64,000 nt of DNA from an uncultured Planctomycetaceae bacterium (lineage in GTDB: Bacteria > Planctomycetota > Planctomycetia > Pirellulales > PALSA-1355). The stretch covers positions 32,001 through 96,000 of the forward strand of contig CAWAUV010000001.1 of assembly GCA_963785305.1 (NCBI GenBank). The letters run 5' to 3'. Each line of letters opens with the position of its first letter. Within the stretch, counting starts at the first letter, position 1. This document shows, one piece after another, positions 1 to 10,598 of this stretch. The position numbers and the translations under genes were made by a program. The notes beneath the pieces were generated by a model. That model was not told the origin of the DNA and searched no databases. It saw nothing but the letters and a program-made list of their open reading frames with translations.

Positions 1-123
1 GAGAAACTGCCGCGTGATCGGCGCAATCGGAATATCCACGATGTCTACTTCGTGCTTCCGCACCAAATAGAGCAGCAGGTCCAAGGGGCCGCGAAACACG
101 GGCAGTTCAACGCGAAATTCCAT
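1..123 (-). CDS. scpA: Segregation/condensation protein A (ScpA), 5' part; runs off window edge
   Basis: Manual translation from ATG at 123: [41 protein letters not shown], the ScpA N-terminal F.GPLDLLL.L signature; not in ORF track. Confidence 0.9.
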   Translation of the reverse strand, partial: MEFRVELPVFRGPLDLLLYLVRKHEVDIVDIPIAPITRQFL

Positions 124-218
124 GCGGCTTCACTCGCGGCGATCACCCGACGGGGGGCATTAACACGACTCCGCGGAGCCTTCGCTGGCCGCGGCTGGCT
201 CGACAACGCCGCGCGCTC

Positions 219-890
219 TCAGCGGCGCGACGTGATTGCGTCCAATTGGCTCCGCAAAAGCAGCATGTCCTCGCGCACTTGGTCGATCTGCCATTGCATG
301 CTTTCCCAGCGCGATCCCGTCTGGTCCACAAGCCCTGCCTTTGCGAGATTGAGCTGGGCCAGTTCGAGGGTGAGCCGGGTCTTCTCAAGCGCCACGGGAC
401 TGATGGCGCCGGGTAGTTGATTGTTCGTGGCCAGGTTTTTGCGATACGCCACCTCGGCCGACTGCACCGCGAGCTCGGCGCTCAGGCGATTGGCGTCGGC
501 CTGATTCCCATGTTTCTCGGCCCAATTGAGCCGCGATTGCGCCAGCGTGACAAGGCGCTGCAAACGATCGACCTCGGCCTGCGAGAAGGAACCGGGCACG
601 CTTTGGTTGTACGATTGCGCGGTTTGCAGATTCAACTGGGCCAGCTTCAAATAGGTTTTGGCTGACTTGACCGTGAGCCGGGCAATTTCCTCGTCGCGCT
701 TCTTTTCGGCGGCGGTTTCGGGTTCGCCATCGGGGTTGCCCGCATTGGGTTCGCCGGCGGTCGGACCGGAGCGGGGCTCCTGGGCCAAGGCGGCTCGCTC
801 GGGCCCGCGGCGCGATTCGAGGGCGCCCCAAAAACCGATTCCGCAAATAAAACCGAACAATCCGATTGCAGCGGCGCTCTGGCGATTCAT
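219..890 (-). CDS. Hypothetical exported/membrane-anchored coiled-coil protein
   Basis: ORF 219..959; likely start MNRQSAAAIGLFGFICGIGFWG (hydrophobic), followed by helical A/L/Q-rich repeats. Confidence 0.6.
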   Translation of the reverse strand: MNRQSAAAIGLFGFICGIGFWGALESRRGPERAALAQEPRSGPTAGEPNAGNPDGEPETAAEKKRDEEIARLTVKSAKTYLKLAQLNLQTAQSYNQSVPGSFSQAEVDRLQRLVTLAQSRLNWAEKHGNQADANRLSAELAVQSAEVAYRKNLATNNQLPGAISPVALEKTRLTLELAQLNLAKAGLVDQTGSRWESMQWQIDQVREDMLLLRSQLDAITSRR

Positions 891-1079
891 GGCAAAGTTC
901 CCCGGCGATGTGATCCACGAACCGGGGCGCGACGGAGCGCGGCGGTTCCCCAGTTCCAATTGTCTGATTTATCGGAAGCGTTGCAAACGCAATCCACCAG
1001 GATTTTTACCGATCCCGCCGAGATTCCGGCTACTTGGGCCATGTCGCTGATTCGCGGTGCGAATAGTCCGATTTCGCGG

Positions 1080-1841
1080 TCATTTCCCCAGTTCGGCCAG
1101 CGCTCCTTCGAGCGGAGCGCTCGAAATCTGGAGCAGACCCTCGAACGGCTGGTCCAAGTCGACAATCAGAAACACCGCCCCCGAGACCGACAACGCGCAC
1201 ACGAACAGCGCCACGAGCACCGTGGCATTGGGTGGGGCAAACATGCTGAAACTCGTGAATAGCACGAACAGCCAAAAGGCCAGCACCGCCAAAAAGGCGC
1301 CCGGCAAGGAACTCTCTTCGTATTGGGTGAGCTGCCAGCGGTTCCGCGCAAGTTCGCTGGCGATCTGCGTGGCCTGGGCCAGGGTCGAGCGTTGAAATTC
1401 GTCGGTCGGTTTCAGCATCCGGAGCGAGTCGTGTACCGCCGACGCCTCGGCGGTGATACGCGAATCGCGGAGGCTCACGGGGCGGCTCCGATCGGCGGGC
1501 CACAGACGCTGGATCATCGCCCGCACCGCGCGACGCAGTTCCGCGCGGGTTTCCGCCGCTTCGGGCCCGTAGTGGGCCAGACCGCGATCGAGCAAAATAA
1601 TATTGGTCGCGAGCTGCTGGAAGCCGCCGGCCTCCGTGTCGAACGAGTTTTTGGCAGTGCCCACGAGCAGGCCCAAGATCAGCGCCGCCATGGTCGCGAC
1701 CAAACCCGTGGCGAGCTTCACCGCGTCTTTCGACTCCGGCCGGCGGTGCGACTCGGGCAAATAGCGCGCCAGCAACAGTCCGGCGCCCACGCCGACCACG
1801 GAGCAGGCAAATACGATCGTGGCCATGATCAATGCGTTCAC
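1080..1841 (-). CDS. DUF4239-like multi-pass membrane protein
   Basis: LPESH...KD.VKLATGLVATMAALILGLLV.TAK.SFD and LIVDLDQPFEGLLQISSAPL motifs; about four hydrophobic segments. Confidence 0.75.
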   Translation of the reverse strand: MNALIMATIVFACSVVGVGAGLLLARYLPESHRRPESKDAVKLATGLVATMAALILGLLVGTAKNSFDTEAGGFQQLATNIILLDRGLAHYGPEAAETRAELRRAVRAMIQRLWPADRSRPVSLRDSRITAEASAVHDSLRMLKPTDEFQRSTLAQATQIASELARNRWQLTQYEESSLPGAFLAVLAFWLFVLFTSFSMFAPPNATVLVALFVCALSVSGAVFLIVDLDQPFEGLLQISSAPLEGALAELGK

Positions 1842-2069
1842 TGTCGCCTCCGTGATAACTCATGGTTCCCGAGATGTTCGGAGTCCCCATTGCTGATCGC
1901 TCCGCCGCGCGCGAGCCCATCGCTGGGCGTGGTGATTCGGCGGGCGCGGCGCATATCAACGCCGCCGCCCGATGTTTATAATCACGTTACGCCGCGGCGG
2001 CAACGCGTCGTTCATCGAACGCGATTGTGCTCGGCCCGGGTTTTGCAAATAGCGCCAAGGTAAGCAAAC

Positions 2070-2869
2070 ATGACTAGACGAGCTCCACGAATCGGACCTG
2101 CCCGAGAGGCTCGCGGCTTCGAGCGACGGCGATTGTTGGCGGGCGGTTTGTCGGTGATCGCGTGGTTCTTCGCCGCGGCGATCTCCGCGAGCGAGCCATC
2201 GCCCGCGGGGGAGTCTTCGCCCCCGCCCGCCGCTTTCGTCGCCAAATCGCGAATTTTGTTTCAGGGCGACTCGATCACCGACGGCAATCGCGGGCGCGGG
2301 CCAGACCCGAACCATATCCTGGGCCATGGCTACGCATTCCTGATTGCCGCCCGATTCGGCGGACATTTTCCGGAGCTCGAGCTCGACTTCATGAATCGCG
2401 GCGTGAGCGGCAACACGGCGCCCGACCTGGAAAAGCGTTGGCGGCAAGACACGCTCGAGCTGAAGCCCGATCTTTTGAGTGTGCTGATTGGCGTGAACGA
2501 TCTGGGCCACGGACTTCCGCTCGATCAATTCGAACCGACCTACGATCGTCTGCTCGGCGAGGCCAAGGCCGCGAACCCGGCGATTCGGCTTGTGCTTTGC
2601 GAGCCTTTTGGGCTTCCGACCGGCAAGCGCAAGGAGACCTGGATCTCCTGGTCCGAGGGACTGCGCCGCGGCGCGAGATCGTGGCGCGACTGGCGACGAA
2701 GCACGGCGCGGCGCTCGTGCCCTTTCAGCAAACGTTTGACGAAGCGGCGAAGCGCGCCCCGGCCGAATATTGGATTTGGGACGGCGTCCATCCGACTTAT
2801 CGGGGCCATCAGATCATGGCCGACGCGTGGGTTCGCGCGGTGCACGCCCACTGGACCGGCGCCCCCTAG
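2070..2869 (+). CDS. SGNH/GDSL hydrolase, frameshift near 2665
   Basis: FQGDSITD, NRGVSGN and LIGVND in 2070 frame; DGVHPT in 2162..2869 frame. Confidence 0.85.
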
Positions 2870-2941
2870 CGATTTGTCGAAATGCGTGTCGGTCGTGTCG
2901 CCCGTGCCCGGGCGGCGCCCATTCCCCGTCAATGAAAAGCC

Positions 2942-3856
2942 GTGAACACAATGGCGACCGCCCAGGAGTTCGATCTGCTGCTCGTGATGACTCGCATGGG
3001 CAATGATCTCGGCGCGGCGCTCGCCGAGTTGGACGGCGTGCTTGCGAAGCTCGACGCAATACTCGCGGAGAGCGCCGCCCGACCGCCACGAGTTTGTCGG
3101 GCGAGCGATGTCGGCGCGGCGCTCGATCTTTTGGCTCGGGGCGCTGCGCCGAGGTGGATTGTCGTGTTGCAAAGCTGGCCCGGCGAGATCCTGCCCGCGG
3201 ACGTCGATCACTTGCGCCGCGCCGCGCCGCTGGCCAGAATCCGCGCGGTCGTGGGAAGTTGGTGCGAGGGTGAAACCCGCTCGGGAAAACCTTGGCCAAG
3301 CGTGCCGCGAGCGTCGTGGAGCCATTGGGCGGCGACCTTGGCCCGCGAGCTGCGCGACACGGCTCAAGATCGAGCGTCGCCCTGGAGCTTGCCGGCGACC
3401 GCTTCGGCGGAAGAAGCGCTGCTCGCCGCAATCGATCCGCGCGGGCCGGCGCCCAGCATTGGCGACACATCGCCGGGACTGCTGATTGTCGCCCGGGAGC
3501 GTGAAACTCGCGAGGCCCTGGCCGATGCCGCCGCGGCTCGCGGCTACCGCGCGCGCGCGATCGCGTCGCCCGCGGATTGGTCGAAATCATTCGCGGCGAG
3601 CGATGCGTCCGCCGAGCCGCGGTCTTGGAACCCCGGCGCGATCCTGTGGGACACGACGCCCGCCGTGGTCGGAGATCGAAATATCGTCGAGCGCGTGTCG
3701 CGGGCGGCGGCCGGCGCGCCGGTGCTCGCGATGGTTGGTTTCCCTCGCGCCGACGATGCGCGCGCGCGCGAGGCGGGAGTCGCGGCGCTGGTCGCCAAGC
3801 CGTATCTTCTCGACGATCTTTTCTGGCGCGTCGAGCAAGTGAGTGACCGCGCGTGA
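2942..3856 (+). CDS. Hypothetical protein with degenerate receiver-like domain
   Basis: 304-aa ORF; C-terminus AILWD...PVLAMVGFPR...AGVAALVAKPY resembles a CheY-like fold. Confidence 0.5.
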   Translation: MNTMATAQEFDLLLVMTRMGNDLGAALAELDGVLAKLDAILAESAARPPRVCRASDVGAALDLLARGAAPRWIVVLQSWPGEILPADVDHLRRAAPLARIRAVVGSWCEGETRSGKPWPSVPRASWSHWAATLARELRDTAQDRASPWSLPATASAEEALLAAIDPRGPAPSIGDTSPGLLIVARERETREALADAAAARGYRARAIASPADWSKSFAASDASAEPRSWNPGAILWDTTPAVVGDRNIVERVSRAAAGAPVLAMVGFPRADDARAREAGVAALVAKPYLLDDLFWRVEQVSDRA

Positions 3857-3866
3857 GTCACGCGGA

Positions 3867-5372
3867 TCATGCGGCTCGCGCTCGACGCTCGTCGGCCTCG
3901 GCGCGTAAGGGCGGCAGGCGGAGCGCCGTCGGGGCATGGTCGTCGACAATTTCCAGTCGCGTTGCCTTTGCTCGGCAAACCAGCACGCGAGCGCACAAAG
4001 CCAGCATCAACAGCGCAGTCCAGGTGAGATGCCCATAAGCTTGCAACTGCTGATGCGCCGCTCGGCCGATCACATCGCCACATGCGACCGCGTTGCAAGC
4101 CAAGAGCGCGAGCCCGACGCCGATCCACGGATCGCGACGGCGATGCACGAAATCAACACAGCAATAGCAGGTCGCCGGCAACAGGAAACAAAAATGTTGC
4201 ACACTGCTCATCGGCGAGAGCAGCAACATGGCGGCGAGCACGGCGCCGCCTTGGCCCAGGGCGGCAAATGCCCGCTCGTCGTCACTCGCCGCGCGAGACC
4301 GCCGCGGCCAGGTCGCCAGGAGCAGCAGCAAGATCACTGCCAGATCGGCCGCGAGCGTCGCCGCGCGAAGCCCGGCCGGGCCAAGCGAGATCAGACTCAC
4401 GTCCCAGCGAATGCCTTGCTCCGGCTCGACCGGCGTGCATAGGCGATAAAGCGTGCCCGAGAGGCCCTGATTGAGCGGATTCCACGCGGCCCAGGATCCG
4501 GCCACGTCGGGCGCCGCGCCGACCTCGACCTTGGCGACGAAATTGTGATACCACGACGCCACCCACCAGCCGCCCGCGCACGGGGCCAAAAGACATCGGG
4601 CGCGAGCGTGGCCGCGGTCATGCCGAGGAGCATTGCCATGACCGCCCGCCATTGTCGTCGCCAGGCCAATACCGGCAGGAACAACAGCGGCGTCGCCTTG
4701 GCGGCCGTGGCGAGGCCGGCGAAAAGGCCGAGCGAACTTTGTTTGTCGCGCGCCCAAGCCATGATCGCGAGCATGGCGAACAGCAGCACATGGAAATCGT
4801 GGCCCTGATAGGCAAACTGCGAAAGTTGATGGCGCACCGTGAGCAGCGCCACGAGCCCAACGCCCAGCCAGAATCGCCGCCGCTGGGCCCACGACGATCC
4901 CGGCCAACAGTGTGCGGGCACAGCCGCGCGAGCCAAGCGGGTCGTCATGGCGATGATCGCCGCGAGCATGCCGAAGTTCAACATGGACCAGCTCACGCGC
5001 GCCGCGCGATCCGGTAAGAGCGTGAGCGGCAGCGTAGGGCAACGCCATGAACGGCGGATACGTGAATCCGGGCGGGTCGTCGGGGCGATAGAATTGCTCG
5101 CCCCGGAGCAGCCGCTCGGCCGCCTTGCGATACACCGGTGTTTCGCCGAGCCGAGCCGAGGGAGCGGTCAACAACAGCGAGATCACCAGGGCAGCGGCGA
5201 CGCCGCCGAGCCAGAGGGCGCATGTCCGCCAGTGGCGGAACCGATGCGCCGCGGCGGCGAAAGTATCATCGGCGCGAGCCGCATTGCCGAGTTCCGTTTC
5301 GGACGCGACGACGCGGAAGCGATGCGAGGTCGCCGGGGTTCGATGCGGCGCCGTGGCTGCCGGCCCCGCCAT
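3867..5372 (-). CDS. GT87/DUF2029-like GT-C membrane glycosyltransferase, two frameshifts (~5000, ~4580)
   Basis: FTYPPFMAL, KATPLLFLP, NQGLSGTLYRL and LLSPMSSVQHF motifs across ORFs 3867..5450 and 4397..4996; many TM segments. Confidence 0.75.
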   Translation of the reverse strand: MAGPAATAPHRTPATSHRFRVVASETELGNAARADDTFAAAAHRFRHWRTCALWLGGVAAALVISLLLTAPSARLGETPVYRKAAERLLRGEQFYRPDDPPGFTYPPFMALPYAAAHALTGSRGARELVHVELRHARGDHRHDDPLGSRGCARTLLAGIVVGPAAAILAGRWARGAAHGAPSTFAVCLSGPRFPCAAVRHARDHGLGARQTKFARPFRRPRHGRQGDAAVVPAGIGLATTMAGGHGNAPRHDRGHARARCLLAPCAGGWWVASWYHNFVAKVEVGAAPDVAGSWAAWNPLNQGLSGTLYRLCTPVEPEQGIRWDVSLISLGPAGLRAATLAADLAVILLLLLATWPRRSRAASDDERAFAALGQGGAVLAAMLLLSPMSSVQHFCFLLPATCYCCVDFVHRRRDPWIGVGLALLACNAVACGDVIGRAAHQQLQAYGHLTWTALLMLALCARVLVCRAKATRLEIVDDHAPTALRLPPLRAEADERRARAA

Positions 5373-5593
5373 CGCCCTGCCGCCGGGCGCGAAGTTCGAG
5401 ACATCGTAAAGCCCATGAATGCTTGAAGAGCGCCATGGCCCCCAGAGCATTCGACCGGCTACTGGTGCCCATGCCCAAGCATCGGACCGCTCGAACCGAT
5501 AAATCCAGCACGGTCATCGTGCGCGATAAACTCTGGCGAGATTGCCTAGAGCGCCGGCGGCGAGAGCGCCGCGAGAGAGCCTTCAACAGGCTG

Positions 5594-6279
5594 CTAGCGT
5601 TGGTCTTGCCGCGAGACGATTTCAAGAACGGCGCCCGAGGCCGGATCGATATGCACGACGCGCACCTCGGCGCCATCGAGCAGTTCGATCGTCAAGACAA
5701 TCGCCTCGCCCTGTTTTTCGGCGTAGGCATCGAAGGGTCGGGCATGCGACATTTTTTGCATTGCGGTATCGATGGCCGCCGGAATCGTGGTGGCGAACTT
5801 CGAACATGCGGTCTCGAGCTCGATCTCGCCCGGCGATTCCGGGTCGGGCGCCCGAGTTCGACGATCTTGCCGCCCACGGCGTCGATGACGACTTCTTGAT
5901 GTTCGCCGCCGGAGGTGAAGATTTCAACGACATAGAGCGGCCGCGAATCCTCGACCTTGAAATAGGCCTCGACCACGCGACCGGCACCGATTTTGTCGCG
6001 CGCGATTTTCACCGCGTCGACCAGCGCGAGCTTCGTTTTGACGAGTGCCCGCCGCACGGTCACTCCGTCAGGCGCCGCGACCGTGACCGATGAAACATTG
6101 CTCGTCGCGACGGAGCTCGCCGCGATGATGCCGCCCGAAGCGTCGGTCGCTTGGATAGTGGGCGATTCGATCGCCACGGGCCGCGACTTGCCGCCGGTTT
6201 CCTCGCCCGAGCCACCGAGCGGAGAAATCGCGATTGCGAGCACGGCGACACCGATCATGGCAAGGATCACTCTTCGCAT
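5594..6279 (-). CDS. Secreted protein with two PepSY-like domains, frameshift near 5845
   Basis: Signal peptide MRRVILAMIGVAVLAIAIS; LVDAVKIA...YVVEI...EVVIDAVGGKIV; second domain read manually after the shift (IPAAIDTA...VVHIDPASGAVLEI, TAG at 5594). Confidence 0.7.
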
Positions 6280-6426
6280 CGTGACCTCCGTGGCCGGCCG
6301 CAGTGGCGCCATGAGCAATGTGTAATTGAAAAATCCCGCTGTTGCATTTTTTTCCGCGGTGGAAGCAGAATATTCGGAGGACGAAGGTCGCGGCGGAGGC
6401 AACCTCGATCCAGGGGCAATCGGCGA

Positions 6427-6609
6427 TTAAGCCGGCGTTCGCAATCGAAGTTGTTCTTCCCAGTATCCGTACTGCGGGTCGCCCACGCGAAACGCGAACA
6501 CCGCGTCGGGCAGACGTCCTTCGGATCGATCCCGCGAATGGACCCGGACCAGCACCGCGCCGTCGCTGCGACGCTCGACATCCCAGGATTCTTGCTCGGC
6601 GAGTATCAC
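6427..6609 (-). CDS. Small hypothetical protein (60 aa)
   Basis: GTG start; globular-looking sequence (LPDAVFAFRVGDPQYGYWE) filling an intergenic gap. Confidence 0.55.
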   Translation of the reverse strand: MILAEQESWDVERRSDGAVLVRVHSRDRSEGRLPDAVFAFRVGDPQYGYWEEQLRLRTPA

Positions 6610-6913
6610 GGTTCGGCCGGGTGGGCTTGAGTAGCGGGAAAGCGTCGTTTGCTAGGACAACGCTTTGTTCCAGCATTTTGCCAAATCTAGGCATGTAACT
6701 CTAGTTCAACCCGAGAAAACTTCCGCTCGAATCGACCTCGGGAATGTGGAAAAGCGCACAAAGGCGCGCCGCGAGGCCGATATTTTCGGGAAAATGCCCA
6801 AAATGCGTTCTGATTGCCCGGCGGAACCGGATTTTTGGGCAATGTTAGCAAAACGCCAACAAGCGTGCACTCGGGGGCCGGTTCATACCCGCGGGAATAG
6901 GTTCCCGGCACTA

Positions 6914-7789
6914 TCAACTCAGCGGCAACACATCGACCCACACGGTCATGCTATGGTGGCCGCCGCCAATAACTACCCCCTTGATCGGGCAAACATCGCT
7001 GTAGTCGCGCCCCCAGGCGAGCGAGATATGCGACGTGCCGGGAATGACGTTGTTCGTGGGGTCGAAATCAACCCAGCCGGCCTCGCCGCAATATACGCCT
7101 AGCCACGCGTGGGAGGCATCGGCCCCGATCAACCGTGGTTGGCCGGGCGGAGGTATCGTGAGCAGGTAGCCGCTCACATAGCGCGCCGCCAGCCCCAGCG
7201 CTCGTAAACAGCCGATCTCAAGATGCGCGAAATCCTGACACACTCCCCGCCGTAGCCGCAGCACTTCTTCCAGCGGTGTCGAGATCGTGGTGGCGGTGGT
7301 GTCGTAGCGGAATTCGCCGTGGATGCGTTCGGTCAGCTCGAGCGCGGCGGCGAGTATCGGCCGGCCGGGCGTGAAGCTCACGAGCGCATATTCAGCGAGG
7401 TCCTTGTTGGCATGCACATGGGGCGAATCGTAGCAGAACTGGCAGGCTTCGAGCACGCGGGCAAAGTGTGGCGCTCGCAACTGGTCGCGCAGCGTTTCCC
7501 AGGGGGGCGTATCGCCGGGCTGAAGCGCGGCGAGCGGGGCGATATGCACTTTGCTGACGGCGGTCACCGTGAGCCGCGCATGCAGCTCTTGAATGGCGAA
7601 ACTCGTTACATGATTGCCGAAGTAATCGATCCGCCGCTCGATGATATTGGGCTGTGGCTTGATCAGCAGCCGATTATAGGCGCAAGCCTGATATCCCAAG
7701 TCGCGCGGCGTGAGATGCACCTGATTATGGCACACCGGCGCGGGATCGCTGTAGTTGTACGTCGTCGTGTGGGTGACTTTGTATCGCAT
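6914..7789 (-). CDS. Transglutaminase-like protein (Bact_transglu_N + Transglut_core)
   Basis: MRYKVTHTTTYNY N-terminus; GVCQDFAH, ARYVSGYL, ASHAW, DFDPTN, AWGRDYSDVCP. Confidence 0.95.
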   Translation of the reverse strand: MRYKVTHTTTYNYSDPAPVCHNQVHLTPRDLGYQACAYNRLLIKPQPNIIERRIDYFGNHVTSFAIQELHARLTVTAVSKVHIAPLAALQPGDTPPWETLRDQLRAPHFARVLEACQFCYDSPHVHANKDLAEYALVSFTPGRPILAAALELTERIHGEFRYDTTATTISTPLEEVLRLRRGVCQDFAHLEIGCLRALGLAARYVSGYLLTIPPPGQPRLIGADASHAWLGVYCGEAGWVDFDPTNNVIPGTSHISLAWGRDYSDVCPIKGVVIGGGHHSMTVWVDVLPLS

Positions 7790-7831
7790 GACCGCGGCAG
7801 TTCAAGGAGCCAAGCGCAATCGCGCTCCAAG

Positions 7832-10391
7832 TTACATCGGGTTGATCGGCCGGATATCCGACATTTGTTGCGACAGCCCGGCATGGATCAAATAGCTACG
7901 AGCCAGACTGTCCGAAAGATTTCGCAAATGAGTCGCCAGTCGGGTCAACAGGCGATCGAGCTTGTCGCGCATGCCGTCGCGGTCGGCTTCGCAGAGCGAA
8001 TCGACTTCCGCCAGGCGCAAGCTGGTGAGCGCCGAGAGCATGATCCGCTGCTCGGCGCTCCGCATCGGATTCGACGAATCGTAGGGCAACTCCTCGACAT
8101 GGGCGCCGAGCGCCGCCAGTTGAAAGCCGATCGATCGCGGATTCGATTCATCGCACAGCAAAAGATCGACCACCGGCGCCAATTGCAGGGTCGTGAGATA
8201 GCGGGCCCGATAGGTCATCGAGCTATCGGCGATCTCGAGCAACGCTTCGAGCACCGGAGTATCGTCGCCGCGAACTTGAATCAGCGTGGACTTCAAGAGC
8301 CCGCAGGTGTGCAGCGAACGCTCCAGCCGCCGGCCGATATCGAGAAAGCGCCAGGCCTGGGTGCGGGTCATGCTTTCCATGCCCAAACCGCTGAAGGCGG
8401 CGAGGTTGATGATTACCTGGTTGAGCAGGGTCAAAATGTCGCCCGCTTGAATATAAGCACGCGGCAGCGACGGCCAGCGCACGTCTTGATCGACACGGCT
8501 GAGAATTCGCCAGCTATCGAGCGAGATGCGATCTCGCACGATCGAAGCGGCCTGGCTCATGGCGGTGAGCGTCGAGCGCAAACTGCCGGGGCGAGAGCTC
8601 TCGAAGATCATTGAAAATATTTGTTCCTCGAGCTGCTCGGGGTCGAGCGCGCCGCGCCGGCCTCGGCCGCCGATGCTTGACCGGTGGCGGCTTGCATGAG
8701 AATGCCGAGCTCGGGCATGTTGTCGGGCTCGGCTTCGCTCGTCACGCGGCCCAGAATGCTGCGCAAGAGCCGCACCGCGCCCTCGGCCCGTTCGACCTGC
8801 CGGCCAAGCCAATACAGATTGTCGGCCACGCGGCTAGGCAGTTCGTTGCCGCTGCGGCGCAGGGCCAGCAATTGGCCGGCGGGGTGCAAAAGCGAAACGG
8901 CTTTGACCGGTCCGTCGGAGAGTACCCACACATCCTTGCCGCCCTCGCCCGGCGAGAGCGATTCGGTGCTCATTTCCTGCGAAGTCGAAACGCGGCTGAG
9001 GCCGCCCGGCATCACCGAGTAGCCTTCGCTCGACGTGACGGCGAACACCCTCAGCCCGACATGCCACGGCTGGAGCGAGCGCCCGTTCCACACCGCGCGC
9101 AGGAACGAAACACTTTTTCCTGACCCACGAAATCGCGCGGCTGATGACGAATGCGGGCCGCGAGTCGGTTAAGTTCATCGGCCGAAAGCCGGTCGCCGAA
9201 GATCGGTTCGCCGCGATGCGAAAATGCCGGCTTGATCACGAGCCGCGGCAAGTTGTCGAGCACATAGCGCAAGTGGTCGGGCTTGCCGCACCACCAAGCG
9301 GGCACGCTCGCGAGCTTGAGCGGTTCGCCCAAGAGGCTTTGACACAAATCGGGCAGCAGCGCCATCCAGGCTGGCGCTTCGACGAGTCCGCTGCCGAGCG
9401 CGTTGGCCAACACCACGTTTCCCATGCGGACCGCTTGCACCAAGCCGGCCACGCCCAATGTCGAGTCGCCGCGCAGCTCCAGCGGGTCGCAATCCTCGTC
9501 GTACAATCGCCGCAAGATCACATCGACCGGCAACAGGCCGCCGAGCGTCTTGAGAAACACGCGGTTGTCGCGCACCGCCAGGTCGCCGCCGGTGACCAGC
9601 GTGTAACCCAGATAGCGAGCCAGATACGCGTCCTCGAAATAGGTGCTGCTTTGCGGGCCATGGCTCAAGAGGACGATGCGCGGATTCTCGCGATGCTGAT
9701 GCGCCAGGTCGTGCAAGGTCTCGCGCAGGCTCATGAAGAACGAAGCCAGCCGCTGCACCTGACAATCATGAAAGATATTGGGCAGCATCCGCGAGATAAT
9801 AATTCGGTTCTCGAGCGCGAAGCCAGCCCCCGAGGGCGCTTGGGTGCGATCGGCCAGCACGGCCCAGGCGCCATCGGGCCCGCGGGCCAAGTGCGCCGCA
9901 TAGAGGTGCAGCATCACATCCTTGGGCACATGCAGCCCATGGCAACTTCGCAGGAAACCGCCATGCGCGAAGACGAGATCGGGTGGCACGAGCCCTTGTT
10001 GCAACAGCCGCTGCGGGCCGTAGAGATCGACCAGGAGCATGTTGAGCAATCGCGCCCGTTGCGCGAGACCAACCGCCAGCGACTGCCATTCGCCGGGGGT
10101 CATCAAAAGCGGCGCCGGATCGAGTTCCCAAGGGCGATACAGAGCCTCGGGCCCCGATTCGACATTGTAGGCGATGCCGTTTTCGTAAATCAGCCGCTTG
10201 GCCGACTCCCAGCGACGCTCGATCTCCTCGGGGCCGAGCTCCTCGAGCGCCGGCATGAACTTCTGCCACTGCGGCCGCAGCATGCCGGGAGCGCTAAACA
10301 GTTCGTCGTACACGCCGGGCAGCGGGTGATATGAATCGACAAGATGAGCCGGCGCCGTACTCCCGCCAGAATTGGGCGCTGCGATGGTCAT
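7832..10391 (-). CDS. Circularly permuted type-2 ATP-grasp + Alpha-E fusion protein, frameshifts ~9095 and ~8670
   Basis: RPWELDP, DRTQAPSGAGFALENR, CDPLELRGDSTLGVAGL, NALGSG, MPGGLSRV, KDVWV; then LPSRVADNLYWLGRQVERAE and IGRRLER (Alpha-E ER motifs). Confidence 0.9.
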
Positions 10392-10598
10392 CAAGGGCTC
10401 AATCGAATGGGAGAGGGCTCGGTGCTCAGGGCCTTTGAATCGCGGCGGGGCTGGAGCATCGTCCGCGGCGCCCGCGGGCCCGCTCTCGAATCCTAATGGA
10501 AAACCCGGCGGCCGAAAAGTGGATCATGGGAGCCAGCTTCGATTCCAACAGGCGATGGGCGTGAATTGAATGGCGTTCGCGTCCCGCCGCCGGCATTC

